Assembly: GCF_008831285.2 (NCBI RefSeq)
Contig: NC_045138.2
Location: forward strand, 372,001-436,000
Length of the DNA: 64,000 nt
Origin: Nymphaea colorata
Taxonomy: Eukaryota
Reading direction: 5' to 3'
Shown: positions 40,332 to 52,553 of the stretch, one piece after another
Position numbering within the stretch: position 1 is the first letter of the stretch
Layout: every line of letters starts with the position of its first letter
The notes under the pieces: generated by a model
The model's input: only the letters and a program-made list of their open reading frames with translations
Database searches by the model: none
Told to the model about the DNA's origin: nothing
Position numbers and translations under genes: made by a program

Positions 40332-42274
40332 GTTACTGAGCCGATGCTAACCGTACTTAGTGACAAAGATAACCACCACAAATTTTTCAAACAAAACATT
40401 TTTGGAGAGATGTTTTAGGCTTAACTCCTTACCTAAATGGGTTGTTTGAGCTTATATTGCTGGTTTAACCCCTTGCCAGCATGGGTTTGCTAATATTGAA
40501 TTCAGGTTTAACCCCCCTGAAATGGGTTGCCTTGGCTCGCATTGCAATTTTTACCCCTTACCTTTGTGCATTGCGTTAGCTTGCAGGTCCAACCGCTTAC
40601 TTGTGAGGGCTGTGTTGACTTGTAGTGCAAGTTTAACCCCTTTACCTGCGTGGGTTGCTTGGGTTTGCATTGCAGGTTTAACCCCTTGCCTGCGTGGGTT
40701 GCTCTTTTGTCCATAGTTTCAGGTTTTACCAATTTTCTAAATGGGTTGCTCAATAACAAGTGACAATGCAAGGAAATAACATTCATCACCTCGAACATCT
40801 TTGTTGAAGCAATGATTGAGACCCTATTACTCATTCGTTAGTTGTGACAAGGCTAAATTTTGAACTTGTTAAAATTCCCCAAACTAGCGTTTGGGTTAAG
40901 CTTGCTTCAAAAAAGCCCTTAGCCAAACGGCGAAGTTGCGCTTGCTCCATAGAATTCTCTTGTCCAGTAACATGGTTGAGCTAGCTTTTAGAAAGCTCCG
41001 AGCCTAGCGGCTGGATTGCGCTTGATCAAATCTTTACCTTAACAGCTGGTTGATTTGATTGGGTTATGATCGTATTTTTTATGGACAATGATAATTGTTC
41101 ATAAAAAATGTTTGTCTCAAAAGAAATTTAGAAATGCCCTTGAAATATTTAAAAAAATGTCCCAATATTAGCAATTGCCATGATTGATAGGATCTTATTC
41201 AAAATAGATTGCTAGGTAGAAGATAAAAGGTTGATGTCTTAGATTGAGACTGAAGCGAATAAAGTAATGAAAATTGCCTCAATCAAATAAGGTATGAGCA
41301 AAATTATAAAAATGAGGTATATGTTCCCTTAACAGGGAAATGAGGATGCAAGGTAATGACATATATATGAACTTTGGTATGTAAGAATTTGTGTTTTGTC
41401 TCTGAGGTGAAGAAATTGAGACAAAGCTTATAGGAGGGAAATTTGTGATAAAAATATGATAGGTAGATGATAATTCTCATAGTGAGATATCAAGTTGATA
41501 ATATAGAAAAACATAACATCTCAATTTTGAAAGAATTAAATCTCGAGTAGAGTATAAATATATGAGGTTTGACTCAAGAAGATATAGGTTGAACCGGGGT
41601 GAATGAATAAGTCAAAAATTAGATGTCCAACGATTGAAAATATAATATATCGAGGCATTAGCCAAAATCTTGGACTAAATGATGGCCCAATAAAATCATG
41701 GAAGTAGTAAAATGGGAAGAAAAACATTTCATATGTGTTGAAGTTAAAAAAATTATTGGGCTAAATATAAGTGTGGAAACAAAGAATGTATGGCACGAGT
41801 CAAGCACATGTTGATCACAGACTGAGATTGAGGTGGAGAAAATAATGAAAATTTCCTCAAATGCATAAAAATTAATATGAGAGGGTGAAAGGTAATATCA
41901 CGTGTCTGAGCTTCGATATCAAAGAATTTTGACATGCAATTGGGACAAAGCTTGTATGAAAGAAATTTGTTGTAGAGGGGCAAATGGGTCTTGTTTACCA
42001 AAAAGACCAAAATTGCCTTCTAAAAGGAGGACTTTTTGTTAAAAGGAAGGGCAAATGAGACTCAAATGCTTGATTTGGATTTGAACTTGAGTTTTGGATC
42101 TAATTTGGATCCAAAAATGGCGTTCAGTGTTTTGATAAAAGTGCGTAGTCTTTTAAAAAAAGTTGAAGTGATTATAGATGCCCCTCTTTGTTACTAAGCC
42201 GGTGTTTGTCGTGCTTAGTGACAAAGATGAGCACTGCAAATTTTTCCAACGAAACATTTTTGGGGAGATGTTTC

Positions 42275-42720
42275 AGGTTTAACCCTTTACCTGAATGGGT
42301 TGTTTGAGCTTATCTTGCATATTTAACCTCTTGCCTGCATGGGTTTGCTAATATTGAATTCAGGTTTAACCCCCCTGAAATGGGTTGCCTTGACTTGCAT
42401 TGCAAGTTTAACCCCTTACCTGTGTGCATTGCGTTGGCTTGCAGGTTCAACCCCTTACCTGTGTGCATTGCGTTGGCTTGCAGGTTTAACCTCTTACCTG
42501 TGTGGACTGCGATGACCTGTAGTGCAGGTTTAACCCCTTTACCTGCATGGGTTGTGATGACTTGTAGTGCAGGTTTAACCCCTATAACGACATGGGTTGC
42601 TTTGGCTTGAGTGCAGGTTTAACCCCTTTACTTGCGTGGATTGCTTTGGCTTGCATTGCAGGTTTAACCCCTTGCCTGCGTGGGTTGCTCTTTTGTCCAT
42701 AGGTTCAGGTTTTACCCCTT
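42275..42720. repeat. 39-44-bp tandem array near the PPT; second copy at about 40425..40735
   Basis: GCAGGTTTAACCCCTTACCTG... units, for example at 42402, 42441 and 42480. Confidence 0.88.
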
Positions 42721-45700
42721 TCCTGAATGGATTGCTCAATAACAAGTGGCAATGCCAGGAAATAACCTTCATCACCTCAAACTCCTTTGTTGAAGCAATG
42801 GCTAAGACTCTATTGCTCTTTCATTGGTTGTGACAATAAAATTTCCTATCACCTCGAGTGCCTTTTGGTGAAATTTTTGTTTTCACCCAAGGCCAGATTT
42901 TGAGCTTGTTAAAATTCCACAAACTAGCGTTTGGGTTGAGCTTGCTTTAAAAAAGCCCTTAGCCAAATGGTCAAGTTACGCTTGCTCCATTAAAATCCCT
43001 TGTCTAGTGACATGGTTGAGCTAGCGTTTAGGAAGCTCCGAGCCTAACGGCCGGATTGCGCTTGATCAAATCTTTAGCTTAAGATCTGGTTGATTTGATT
43101 GGGATATGATCCCTTTTTCTATGGACAATGATAATTGTTCATGAAAAATATTTGTCGCAAAAGAAATTTAGAAATATCCTTGAAATATTAAAAAAATGCC
43201 CTTGTATTAGCAATTGTCATGATTGATAGGATCTTATTCAAAATAGATTGTTAGGTAGAAGATAAAAGGTTGATGTCTTGGATTGAGACTGAGGTGAAGA
43301 AAGTAATAAAAATTGTCTCAATCAAATAAGGTATGAACTAAATTATAAAAATGAGCTATATGTTCCCTTAACAGGAAAATTAGGGTGCAAGGTAATGACA
43401 TATATATGAACTTTGGTATGCAAGAATTTGTGTTTTGTCTCTAAGGTGAAGAAATTGACACAAAGCTTGTAGGAGAGAAATTTATTATAAGAATATGATC
43501 GGTAGATGATAATTCTCGTAGCGAGATATCAAGTTGATAATATAGAAAAATGGAACATCTCAATTTCGAAAGAATTAAATCTCGAGTAGAGTATAAATAT
43601 ATGAGGTTTGACTCATGAAGATATAGATTCAACAGGGGTGAATGAATAAGTCAAAAATCAAATGTTCGATGAATGAAAATAGAATGTAATCAGAGCATTA
43701 GAAAAAATCTTGGAATAAATGATGACCTAATAAAATCATGGAAGTAGAAAAATGGTAGAAAGATACACCATATGTTTTGAAGCCAAAAAATTATTGGGCT
43801 AAATATAAGTTGGGAAACAAAAAAAAATGTACGGCCCGAGTCAAGCACATGTTGATCACAGACTAAGATTGAGGCAGAGAAAATAATGAAAATTGCCTCA
43901 AATGCATAAAAATTGATATGAGAGGGTGAAAGGTAATATCACGTGTTTGCACTTAGATATGAAAGAATTACGAGCAATCTATCAATAGACGATGTTTGAT
44001 TCATGCATGTCTAATGATTGAAAATGGAGTATACTTGAGTACAGCAAAGATTGGCATTCAATTTGGAATAAATGATAGCCCAATGAAATCATGAAAGTAA
44101 TAAAATAGGAAGAAAAATATACTATGGGTGTTGATGCTAGAAAATTGTCAAGCAAAGTCACGTTTAAGAGTGTGATTCTGGATAAATAAATGATGGATTG
44201 ACAAAGAGCAACTGATGTCCCAACTTATGGAAGTAGTAGAATACAAAGAACTACACCCTATGAGTGTTGAGGATAGAGAATTATGAGGAAAAAAATGTTA
44301 AGTCAAACAAAGTTGGTAATTGAATTAGAAAAACATGAGGTTGGATCAATGAATAAATGAGAGATTGACAAAGTACGATGACATGTAGATTTTGAATCAA
44401 TTCTACAACAAAAAGATGGACTTGTCAAAGAATAATTGATGACCTATGGAAAGAAAGACACACTCTGTATATTGAAGCTAGAAAGTTATTTGGCTGCATA
44501 TGAATGAGGGAAAAAATATTGCATGACCTGAGTCAAGTGAGTTGATAATTGAGCCAATAGGTAGCCATCATGTTCAAGAATATGAGGTCGGACAAATAAA
44601 TAAGGTATTGACAATGTATAATAAAATTTAGATTTTGGAGCAACTCTAGAAAAATAGACTTGCCAAGGAATAATTGATGATCCAATGAAATTATGAAAAT
44701 AGTAAAATGTGAAGAAAGACACATCATAAGTATTGAAACTTGAAAAAAATATTTGGCTAAAATGAGAACAAAAGAATGCATCACCTAAGTCAAGTAAAGT
44801 TCGTAATTGACCCAATAACTGGCTATCATGTTTAAAAATATGAAGTTGGACAAATGAATGAATGAGAGATTGACAAAGTATGATAAAATGCAAATCTTAA
44901 AGTAATTCAGGAAAATGGATTTGCTGAATAACAGTATTTGAAAAATCAATGTCATTTAGATAGTAGGGTTAAAGCATGAGCTTATTGTGTGATCATGTTG
45001 AAGAGTATATAGAGTTGATCGAAGAAGACATTGATTTAAATAAGAAAATGGAATGTAAAATTATTCAATTGATCAAAGATTGTATAAAAGACAAATATGT
45101 AATCATCATACAATGATAAACATCCAACATTTTTGAAAGTCACCTTTATCATGCATATATTTGGAAAATGAGCATAGGACCCTAATTGAATTGGGTTTGA
45201 TTGAGTATAATTATTTCATATAAGATATGCCAATATACTTTAGCCAAGAGGCTTAGTACGAGCATAGACTTCTTCATTCGGCAGCTAAGGGTAAGGTTTA
45301 TCAACTTCTTATTAGACACTCGTCGATATACCACAAGTTACCACTCATCGTACTAACGAGGGAGCTTTTCTGCCCAAGGTATGGTCTAGTTGTAAGGCTT
45401 AGTCTTGTGCTACCGCCTAAAACCAAACCTGACAATATGATGACCGAGACAAAATAGGTATGGAAAATTTTGAAATATGAAAAATCGTGTAAAATGAGTT
45501 GTATCTAATGCAATGTTGCCTACGATGATGATTAAAATAAGAAGAAGAACAAACATTGTCTTCAAACAACTCTTAAATTAAGGAGGGTTGTATTTGATAC
45601 TAGATCTAGGTGAACATAATTGATCATCTTCAATTAGTCTTATGTGCAAGAATGTAAACATAATCACCAAGCAATGCAATGAAGTGTCAATAGGGTCAAG

Positions 45701-45794
45701 GTCAAAATAGGGGACATGCTTTATCGTTGGCACTATGTGAGATGTTCAAGTTAGTAAAAATGCATCAATTATAACTATAGCCAAACGATGATGG

Positions 45795-45812
45795 GTCTCA
45801 TCACGGTCGCCA
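45795..45812 (-). promoter_or_regulatory. Primer-binding site, tRNA-Arg-like
   Basis: TGGCGACCGTGATGAGAC lies 2 nt after the LTR-C end. TGGCGAC starts are characteristic of Arg-primed Tat/Ogre elements; the tRNA assignment is from memory. Confidence 0.7.
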
Positions 45813-47838
45813 TCTGTTTGCATCCCCAAAATTTTTGGTTTTTTAGAGTGCTCCAGAAAAATGAGATTTTTATTTGAAAATAAAAGAGAAAGGGACTCGC
45901 CCGTCGGTACGAGGATCAACCGTTCCTGTCGCCTTTACCGGGGGTAATCAATCCAAGGGCTATGTTTATTATTGACGTATTTCATTTTAGCTTCAACATC
46001 TTTTCTATATGCGGTGTAGAAGAATATTGGAAGTTTGATTTTTCAGACTTTTGAAAAGGTTATTGAACAATTGCTTGAGAATGCGAAACATTTTGATGAA
46101 AACTAGAGTTGGAAAATCTTTTAAATATCATTTGAAAAGCTTGGGAAATCACTTTGAAGTCATTTTAGTGTTTTCTTAAGACTTTAAGTAGGCTTGAGAT
46201 TTTTCTCTAATTCGGTTACCACTTTATTAGAGCGTCATCTCATCTTGCTTAAATTCTTTTAGAGATGTGTTTGTGCTCATTTGTAATATTGAGTGGAAGT
46301 GAATGCATGGATGCATTAATCCTAAGATGAATGGAAGAAAAATAACTCATTCCTTCCACAACATTCATCTAAGACATTCCTACCATAACATACATCCAAG
46401 ATTTTTGTTTTTATAGTTATCATATATAAGAAAGAAAAGTTTTTGAAAATGGATCGGGATTGTAGACCATCAAGCATAAATCCAATATTGGGTCATTACT
46501 TGAGTTGTGGTCTTAATAAAGTCGGTAAATAAAAAATTAAAATCTTAAATGGTAAGATATTGGAAGACTGAAAAAGATGAAGGACTACATCTAAAGAGGG
46601 ATATAAAGAAAGAAAAAGATCTTGAAAATCATAAAATTACATGTTTTGAAAAAGAAAGATATGTATTTGTATACATATATGAAAGCTTATGAAAATGATG
46701 TTTGTATCAATTAGAGAAGAGAAGATCATTTTAGAAAGAGAAAGAGAGATTTTAAAATGGAATACACGTACATATATATATATTTATATATACATATACG
46801 AGAGTTTATAAAAGTATGTTAAATCATAGAAAGAGAAACAAAGAGAGATATTCATGTGCATGCATACGTATATAACATGCATATATGCATACGTTTTCAT
46901 GAATATGAAAATCAAGGAATGATTTGAAAATAGCCAACTTCAAATTTTGATATAGACCGAAAGGGAGCTTGGGCTCATGCAAGAGCCTAAGCTAACTCTC
47001 CAAGACCGCATTAGAGAGATTTCTTTTGAAAATGTTTTAGAAAATATGATTTATATGAAAACATAGAATGTTATGATTTAGTTTGCCACAAGTGATATAT
47101 TTCTTCCACCGTTGGGTATGGAAGAAAACAAATCATACAATAAAATATTCATTAGGGTTTCTAATGGGATGATTAAAAGGAAACTAACACGAAATGTCAC
47201 GCAAATGCATATTAACATATATATATTCATGAGGGTTTCCCTGGGTTGGACAAGTCCCAACCTTAAAAATCAATATGAAGATAAAGAATCCCCAAACCAC
47301 ACTCTTATTCCCACCATACATTCACATATAAATGAAAAACCAAGCAACTATGCATGAATAATATATAGATAATATTTAAGGAAGGAAAGAGAAAAAGATA
47401 GAGATGGAAATAGAAATATTCAACTACGAGGGAGGGCATGAAGTAACTATGAAATGAAAGATCATCTCTTCTTTTCATGCTCCCAGTGCACTTGATAGTA
47501 GCTTCTTGTCATTAAAAAAAGAGATTGAGTGCTATCTCCTTTAGCCATGGGGAGAGGAAGATGAGAAGAAAATGAAGAAAGAAAGAAGTGAGATATTGAT
47601 TACATACCTCTAGTAAGAATAGCTTTTGGAAAAATGAACACCTTAACTTGAAGATTCCCTTGAGTGAAGCTCTAAGATGATGCCTCCAAGAGGGTTATGG
47701 CTTGCTTCAAGTTGGAGAAAAATGGAAAGAGGAGGAAGGAGATAGTGAGAGCTCAAGAGAAACTCTAAGTATTCAAGTGAGAATACACTAGAGTTTGTCC
47801 CAAGGGTTATTCTTGCCTAAGAGGGCGGAAGTGTGGGG

Positions 47839-47850
47839 GCATTTATAGAG
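47839..47850 (-). promoter_or_regulatory. LTR TATA box (CTATAAAT); intact in LTR-B at 39722..39730, mutated in LTR-A
   Basis: About 600 nt from the LTR start and followed by a CT-rich leader, consistent with minus-strand orientation. Confidence 0.55.
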
Positions 47851-47934
47851 AATTTTGGAGCCAAAACCCAAAATTCAATTTTTTTTTGTAAAATAGTAAA
47901 ATCGCTCTCTAAAGGAACGTTTTTTCTCAAATAT

Positions 47935-48303
47935 GAGGGGCAAATGGGTCCTTTTTACCAAAAAAGACCAAAATTACCATTTAAAAGGAGGTTCTTTGTC
48001 AAAAAAGAGGGGCAGATGAGTCTTGTTTACCAAAAAGACCAAAATTACCCTCTAAAAGGAGGTTATTTGTAAAAAATGAGGGGCAAATAGGTCTTGTTTA
48101 CCAAAAAGACCAAAATTACCCTCTCAAAAGAGGTTTTTGTCAAAAAGGAGGGGCAAATGGGTCTTGTTTACCAAAAAAACGAAATTACCCTCTAAAAGAA
48201 GGTTCTTTGTCAAAAAAGATGAGCGAATATGTCTTATTTACCCAAAAGACCAAAATTACCATCTAAAAGGAGGTTATTTGTCAAAAAGGAGGGGCAAATA
48301 GGT
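47935..48303. repeat. ~71-bp tandem array within U3 of the LTR; also at 37380..37696 and 39780..40168
   Basis: GAGGGGCAAATGGGTCTTGTTTACCAAAAAGACCAAAATTACCCTCTAAAAGGAGGTTCTTTGT units at 70-72 bp spacing. Confidence 0.9.
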
Positions 48304-48451
48304 CTCAAATGCTTGATTTGGAATTGAACTTGGGTTTTTGGATCTAATTTGGATTTGGATTGTGGCTTTGGACCAATTTAGATCCAAAAATTGGGTTTTG
48401 TGTTTTTAATAAAAGAGGACATTCTTTTTGAAAAAATTTAGGGTGATTACA

Positions 48452-49347
48452 CTAGAATATTGCTAATCGTGGGAAACAGTGATAGAAATTAAGTCGTCAG
48501 AAGAATTGAAGGTCAGGGACTGCCCAACATTGTGTGAATTGCCGAGCATGCCTTTGTTGAAGTTCTCGAAGTGTGATGGGCTCAACACGATTGGTGACAT
48601 GCCAGCTTTAAAGAGGTTGTGGTTGTATGACCTGAACATTTTGAAGCAGCTCCCTACTCGCCTTCCTTCACTTGAGGGACTGAGCGTGAATAATTTGCCC
48701 AACTGGTAATTAACATTTACTTCTATGCCATGCTTAAGAGAGGCAAGCTTTTACGATTGTCCAAAGATGCAGACACTAGGCTTGATTTCTGCTCTATCGG
48801 AGCTAGTGGGGCATGAGGGTCAAGCGACTCATTTCCAAAAGCTGAGAGTGTGGAATTGCCCAAGTGCAAGATTGGGATGGAAATCGCTTGAGAAACTGCG
48901 TGAACTCATTGAGTTGAAGTTGGATTCAAAATCAGCAGTACTAGTGCCATTGGCATTGCCATCACAGGTATCGACATTTACACGAATGTTGATGAGGAGG
49001 TCAAATGGGGAAGAGTGCCTGAGTGGGTGTGGGGTTTCTCGCAACTGGAGGAATTGTACGTAACCTCTTTCTCTGAGGACATCAGCTTGGGAGGCCACTG
49101 GCAGTGCCTCCCGAAGCTCAGAACGCTGTTGCTTGAAGACTTCCCCAATCTGAAATCTCTGGTGGACGTGAATAATATTACTCATGATGAACAAAAACAA
49201 CAAAATGAAACATGTCCCACCGATGCACAGCAACAGATCGCCTGCCTCTCCAACCTTCAAACGTTGATCATGAATTCATGTCCAGCACTCCATCTGCCGC
49301 AGGAAATAACGGACCATCTTGGGGGAAGATTACACGTATATAGATAA
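48452..49347 (+). pseudogene. 3' LRR part of the same CNL pseudogene
   Basis: LRR motifs LKRLWLYDLNIL, LREASFYDCPKM, LPKLRTLLLEDFPNLKSL and LSNLQTLIMNSCPAL. Removing the insertion restores LQMLCLEYC across the CTAGA site. Stops and a frameshift are present. Confidence 0.92.
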
Positions 49348-49793
49348 TGTTATTGAAAATCAGTGACAAATTGTAATTAATTATTTTGGTTAAATATGTG
49401 TGTTTCCATTTCGTCGCTTCTTCTTTCTCTCTTTCTCTCCCTCTTGTTTGATTTTGGTCCGATAAATTGAAGTGTTGTTGAACTGAACTGAATTACCTTT
49501 TATGCATCAACAGAGTCTCTCATTTGATTTTTTTGTAATTGAGCACAAATATCAATTATGTGAATACCGGCAAATACCATGCATAAATGATAAATGCGGT
49601 GCTGTTTGGGTCAAATAGAAGGCAATGTCCGTTGGCTTGAATCGGTACAGATACTATTAACTTACTTTTTTCCTTTAAGAAAATTTAAAAAACAATTTTT
49701 AAAAATTATTTTGTTTTATATCTATCAATTGGTGCACAAAGCCCTCGATTAATTAGCCGACGATAAAATCCCAAGTTGGCCATTATCTAAAAC

Positions 49794-50099
49794 TAGGCCT
49801 GAGCCTGTCCCGACTCAGAAAACCCGAGCGCGAGCTCGGCTTGGACCTGGCCCGATTAAATTTAAAAATATATTTTTAAATAAAAATTTATACAAATATA
49901 ATTAATCATAATAAAATATGATATATATATATATATATTAATCCAAAAAAAATTTTAAAAAAAAAGAACACATTATCGGGCCCACCTGAGGTGGCCCGAT
50001 AAATTATCGGGCCGGCCCGGGTCCCTTTTTTCTGGTTTTGAGTTGGGCTGCATACCGGATACCCGATGGCATCTCACCCCAGGCCAGTGCCCAGGCTTA
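49794..50099. mobile_element. MITE, TAGGCCTG...CAGGCTTA family
   Basis: Imperfect TIRs, GC-rich subterminals and an AT-rich core; no TSD seen. Confidence 0.65.
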
Positions 50100-52522
50100 G
50101 GAAAGAAAAATGGGGCAAAAAAACTCTTCCGATAAATAAGAATATATAAAAATTAATAATATTTTTCTATTTTGTTATTAAAATTTATTATTTAGGCATC
50201 ACTATTAGGTTACTATTGTGGATATTTTAAATTGATACCATCATCATCAAATTTGCTTGTCAAATACCCTATTGATTTTCTCATTGAAGATTTTGATATT
50301 AAGAATATATTGTTTAATTAATCTGATCTAATAACAATTTCAGTTCCAATTGGATTCAACCAATTCGCAGAATCGTAAGCTTTCGGATATGATTCAAAAA
50401 CGATTTTATGATACCGATTGAACCAACTAGGCTTCTTGTAGGTAGGTTGCCAAATATCAGGTAAAAAAAAAAAGACATGTCAACTTTGTACACAATACTT
50501 TGGGTGAGAAAATTATTTTCTAGTGTAATTAGTAATCAAATTGAATAGTAGCGGCCCAAGAAATGAGGTTTATATCTCATACTCGGCCCAGCCATCAATA
50601 TTCAAGTCCATGTTTGGCGCAGCTTGGCTTGACAGTAATGAAATATTAAGAACAAATGTAACCTGACATGATTTGACTGTAATATATATATATATATAAT
50701 TTGGGCTGTGTACCCTCCCACCAGATGGGTACACCTGATGCCCTGCGATACTTATCACATGCCATATACCAATACTCTTCTTACCATTTAACTTCCACCG
50801 ACGGCTCCTCCTCCCCCACCTACATCTGCTTTAACGATCCCTACATTAATTTTCTAGATTTTGTGTTAAACAAAATGATCAAACTATTCTTTAAGTACCA
50901 AGAAAAGCCACCCGGCTGACCCTTGCCATAAAAAAGAAATAGATTTTAGACCAAAGACAGTGGGAATTTAAAATTTAGACTTTGAGAGAAAGAAAAAAAG
51001 AGGGAGACAGAGGGAGAGAGAATTAAAGAGATATATGTTTAAACAGAGAGAAAGAGAGAGAGAGAGAAAAAGAGAGAGAGAGAGAAAAAGAGAGAGAGAG
51101 AGAGATTTTAAAAAAGGAGAGTGTGGTTGATAAAAGAGAGAGAGGGAGATAGTTTCAGAAGAAATCAAAAATCAAAGGAAGCAACAAAGAGAAATCAAAG
51201 GCAAAGAAAGGGAGAAAGAGGGGGAATAATGAGTGGATTCAGGACCGAAGCTAAGCGTAGATATGTAGTGGGAGAATCATCAGGCCGACCTCTATTTATT
51301 CATCCTTTCCAAAATTCGAAGTGCATTGAGAGTTGGAGCTTGGAGACCAAGAACTAAACGGAGACCATTGGCTGCTGCTGATGGGTGAACTCCAAGCTCA
51401 CATCAATCGCAAATAACTCTTAAGATCACACTAAATTTTTGTTTCTGAAAAAGGATACTAAGTTTTGAACAACTGTAATTTCTCAAGGACAATAAACAAA
51501 TCTCAATCAGACCCAAATCCAGATCCTTTGATCACTGTCTTGAAAAGCATTCAATTTGGAGGTTTTCCTCTGCTCTTTGGATTCAATTTCTAGAACTGTC
51601 CAGCAAGTAGAGACGTCCAATTGAAGGGAAGGGGAGTGGAGAAATTAGCAAGCAGAATTTGTTCACATTAAATTTACTTATATGTCACCTGTTGCATGCA
51701 CTCTCTACCAATGGTAATGCACAATTACCAGGCATGCAATAGACGTCAATATATTAAATTTGAATCAGATATCTTATCGATCTGTTCCGAAATAATTGGA
51801 TATGGAAAAAGATTTTTGAATAAACATCCTATATCCTATGCTCTTACACTTTAAAAATTAGTCACATTTGGTTCAATAATTGGATTTAGATTCGGATATG
51901 AATGCAAAAATCGGATCCAATCGGACTCAAATCATGAAATCAGATTTTGGATTCAGATTCAGATTTTTGAATGTCAATATGTGAATATTTGAAAAAACAG
52001 ATACGATAAGAATATATCTGATTCGAATCTGATCCATTGATATCTCTACCTGAAAGTCAGCAATAAATGCACACCTCGACGAGATAAAGTGGTTGAGAGT
52101 ATCCCCAAGGAAGGGATGTAAAATAATCTCAAGAACTGTAGCATAGCGATTGGCAAATGCACGTGTAGGATGCACGTCGCATGTTCAATTCCCATGGGTG
52201 CTACTGTAAAAAATAAGATTGTGATACTCAAGTTACCACCCCCCCCCCATCTGCCAAAGGAGTTAACAAACCATGTTGGAAAAAGCACCGGGTTAACTGT
52301 AGTCATAGTCATAAAAAACTGTCTTTTTTTAATAAAAAAAAGACCCCCAGGATAAAAAAAAAATCAAAATAATATAAATAGGAAAAATCTCCTTTTTCTT
52401 TCTTTTTTTTTAACTTCAAAATAATTTTTCTGCAATTTTATCATGTTTTTCCGTTATTTTTGTTTTAATGTTTAAAATAATTATTATCCAATTAAGAAAC
52501 CGTATCGGATTCAGATTCAGAT

Positions 52523-52553
<31 letters not shown>

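Larger units (their letters stand above)
35119..48451 (-). mobile_element. Non-autonomous LTR retroelement (LARD-type, Tat/Ogre-like Ty3/gypsy derivative), complex three-LTR insertion
   Basis: TG...CA termini; perfect 5-bp TSD CTAGA at 35114..35118 and 48452..48456; LTRs of about 2.6 kb; PBS and PPT on the minus strand; no gag/pol ORF in the six-frame track. Confidence 0.93.
45815..48451 (-). repeat. 5' LTR (LTR-C), 2637 bp
   Basis: The minus strand reads TGTAATCACCC ... GGGGATGCAAACA and is followed by the PBS. Confidence 0.92.

Noticed and set aside
42275..42720. Regularly spaced GCAGGTTTAACCCC repeats resembling a CRISPR array
   Set aside because: The intervening sequences are themselves homologous, the context is a plant retroelement, and there are no cas genes.
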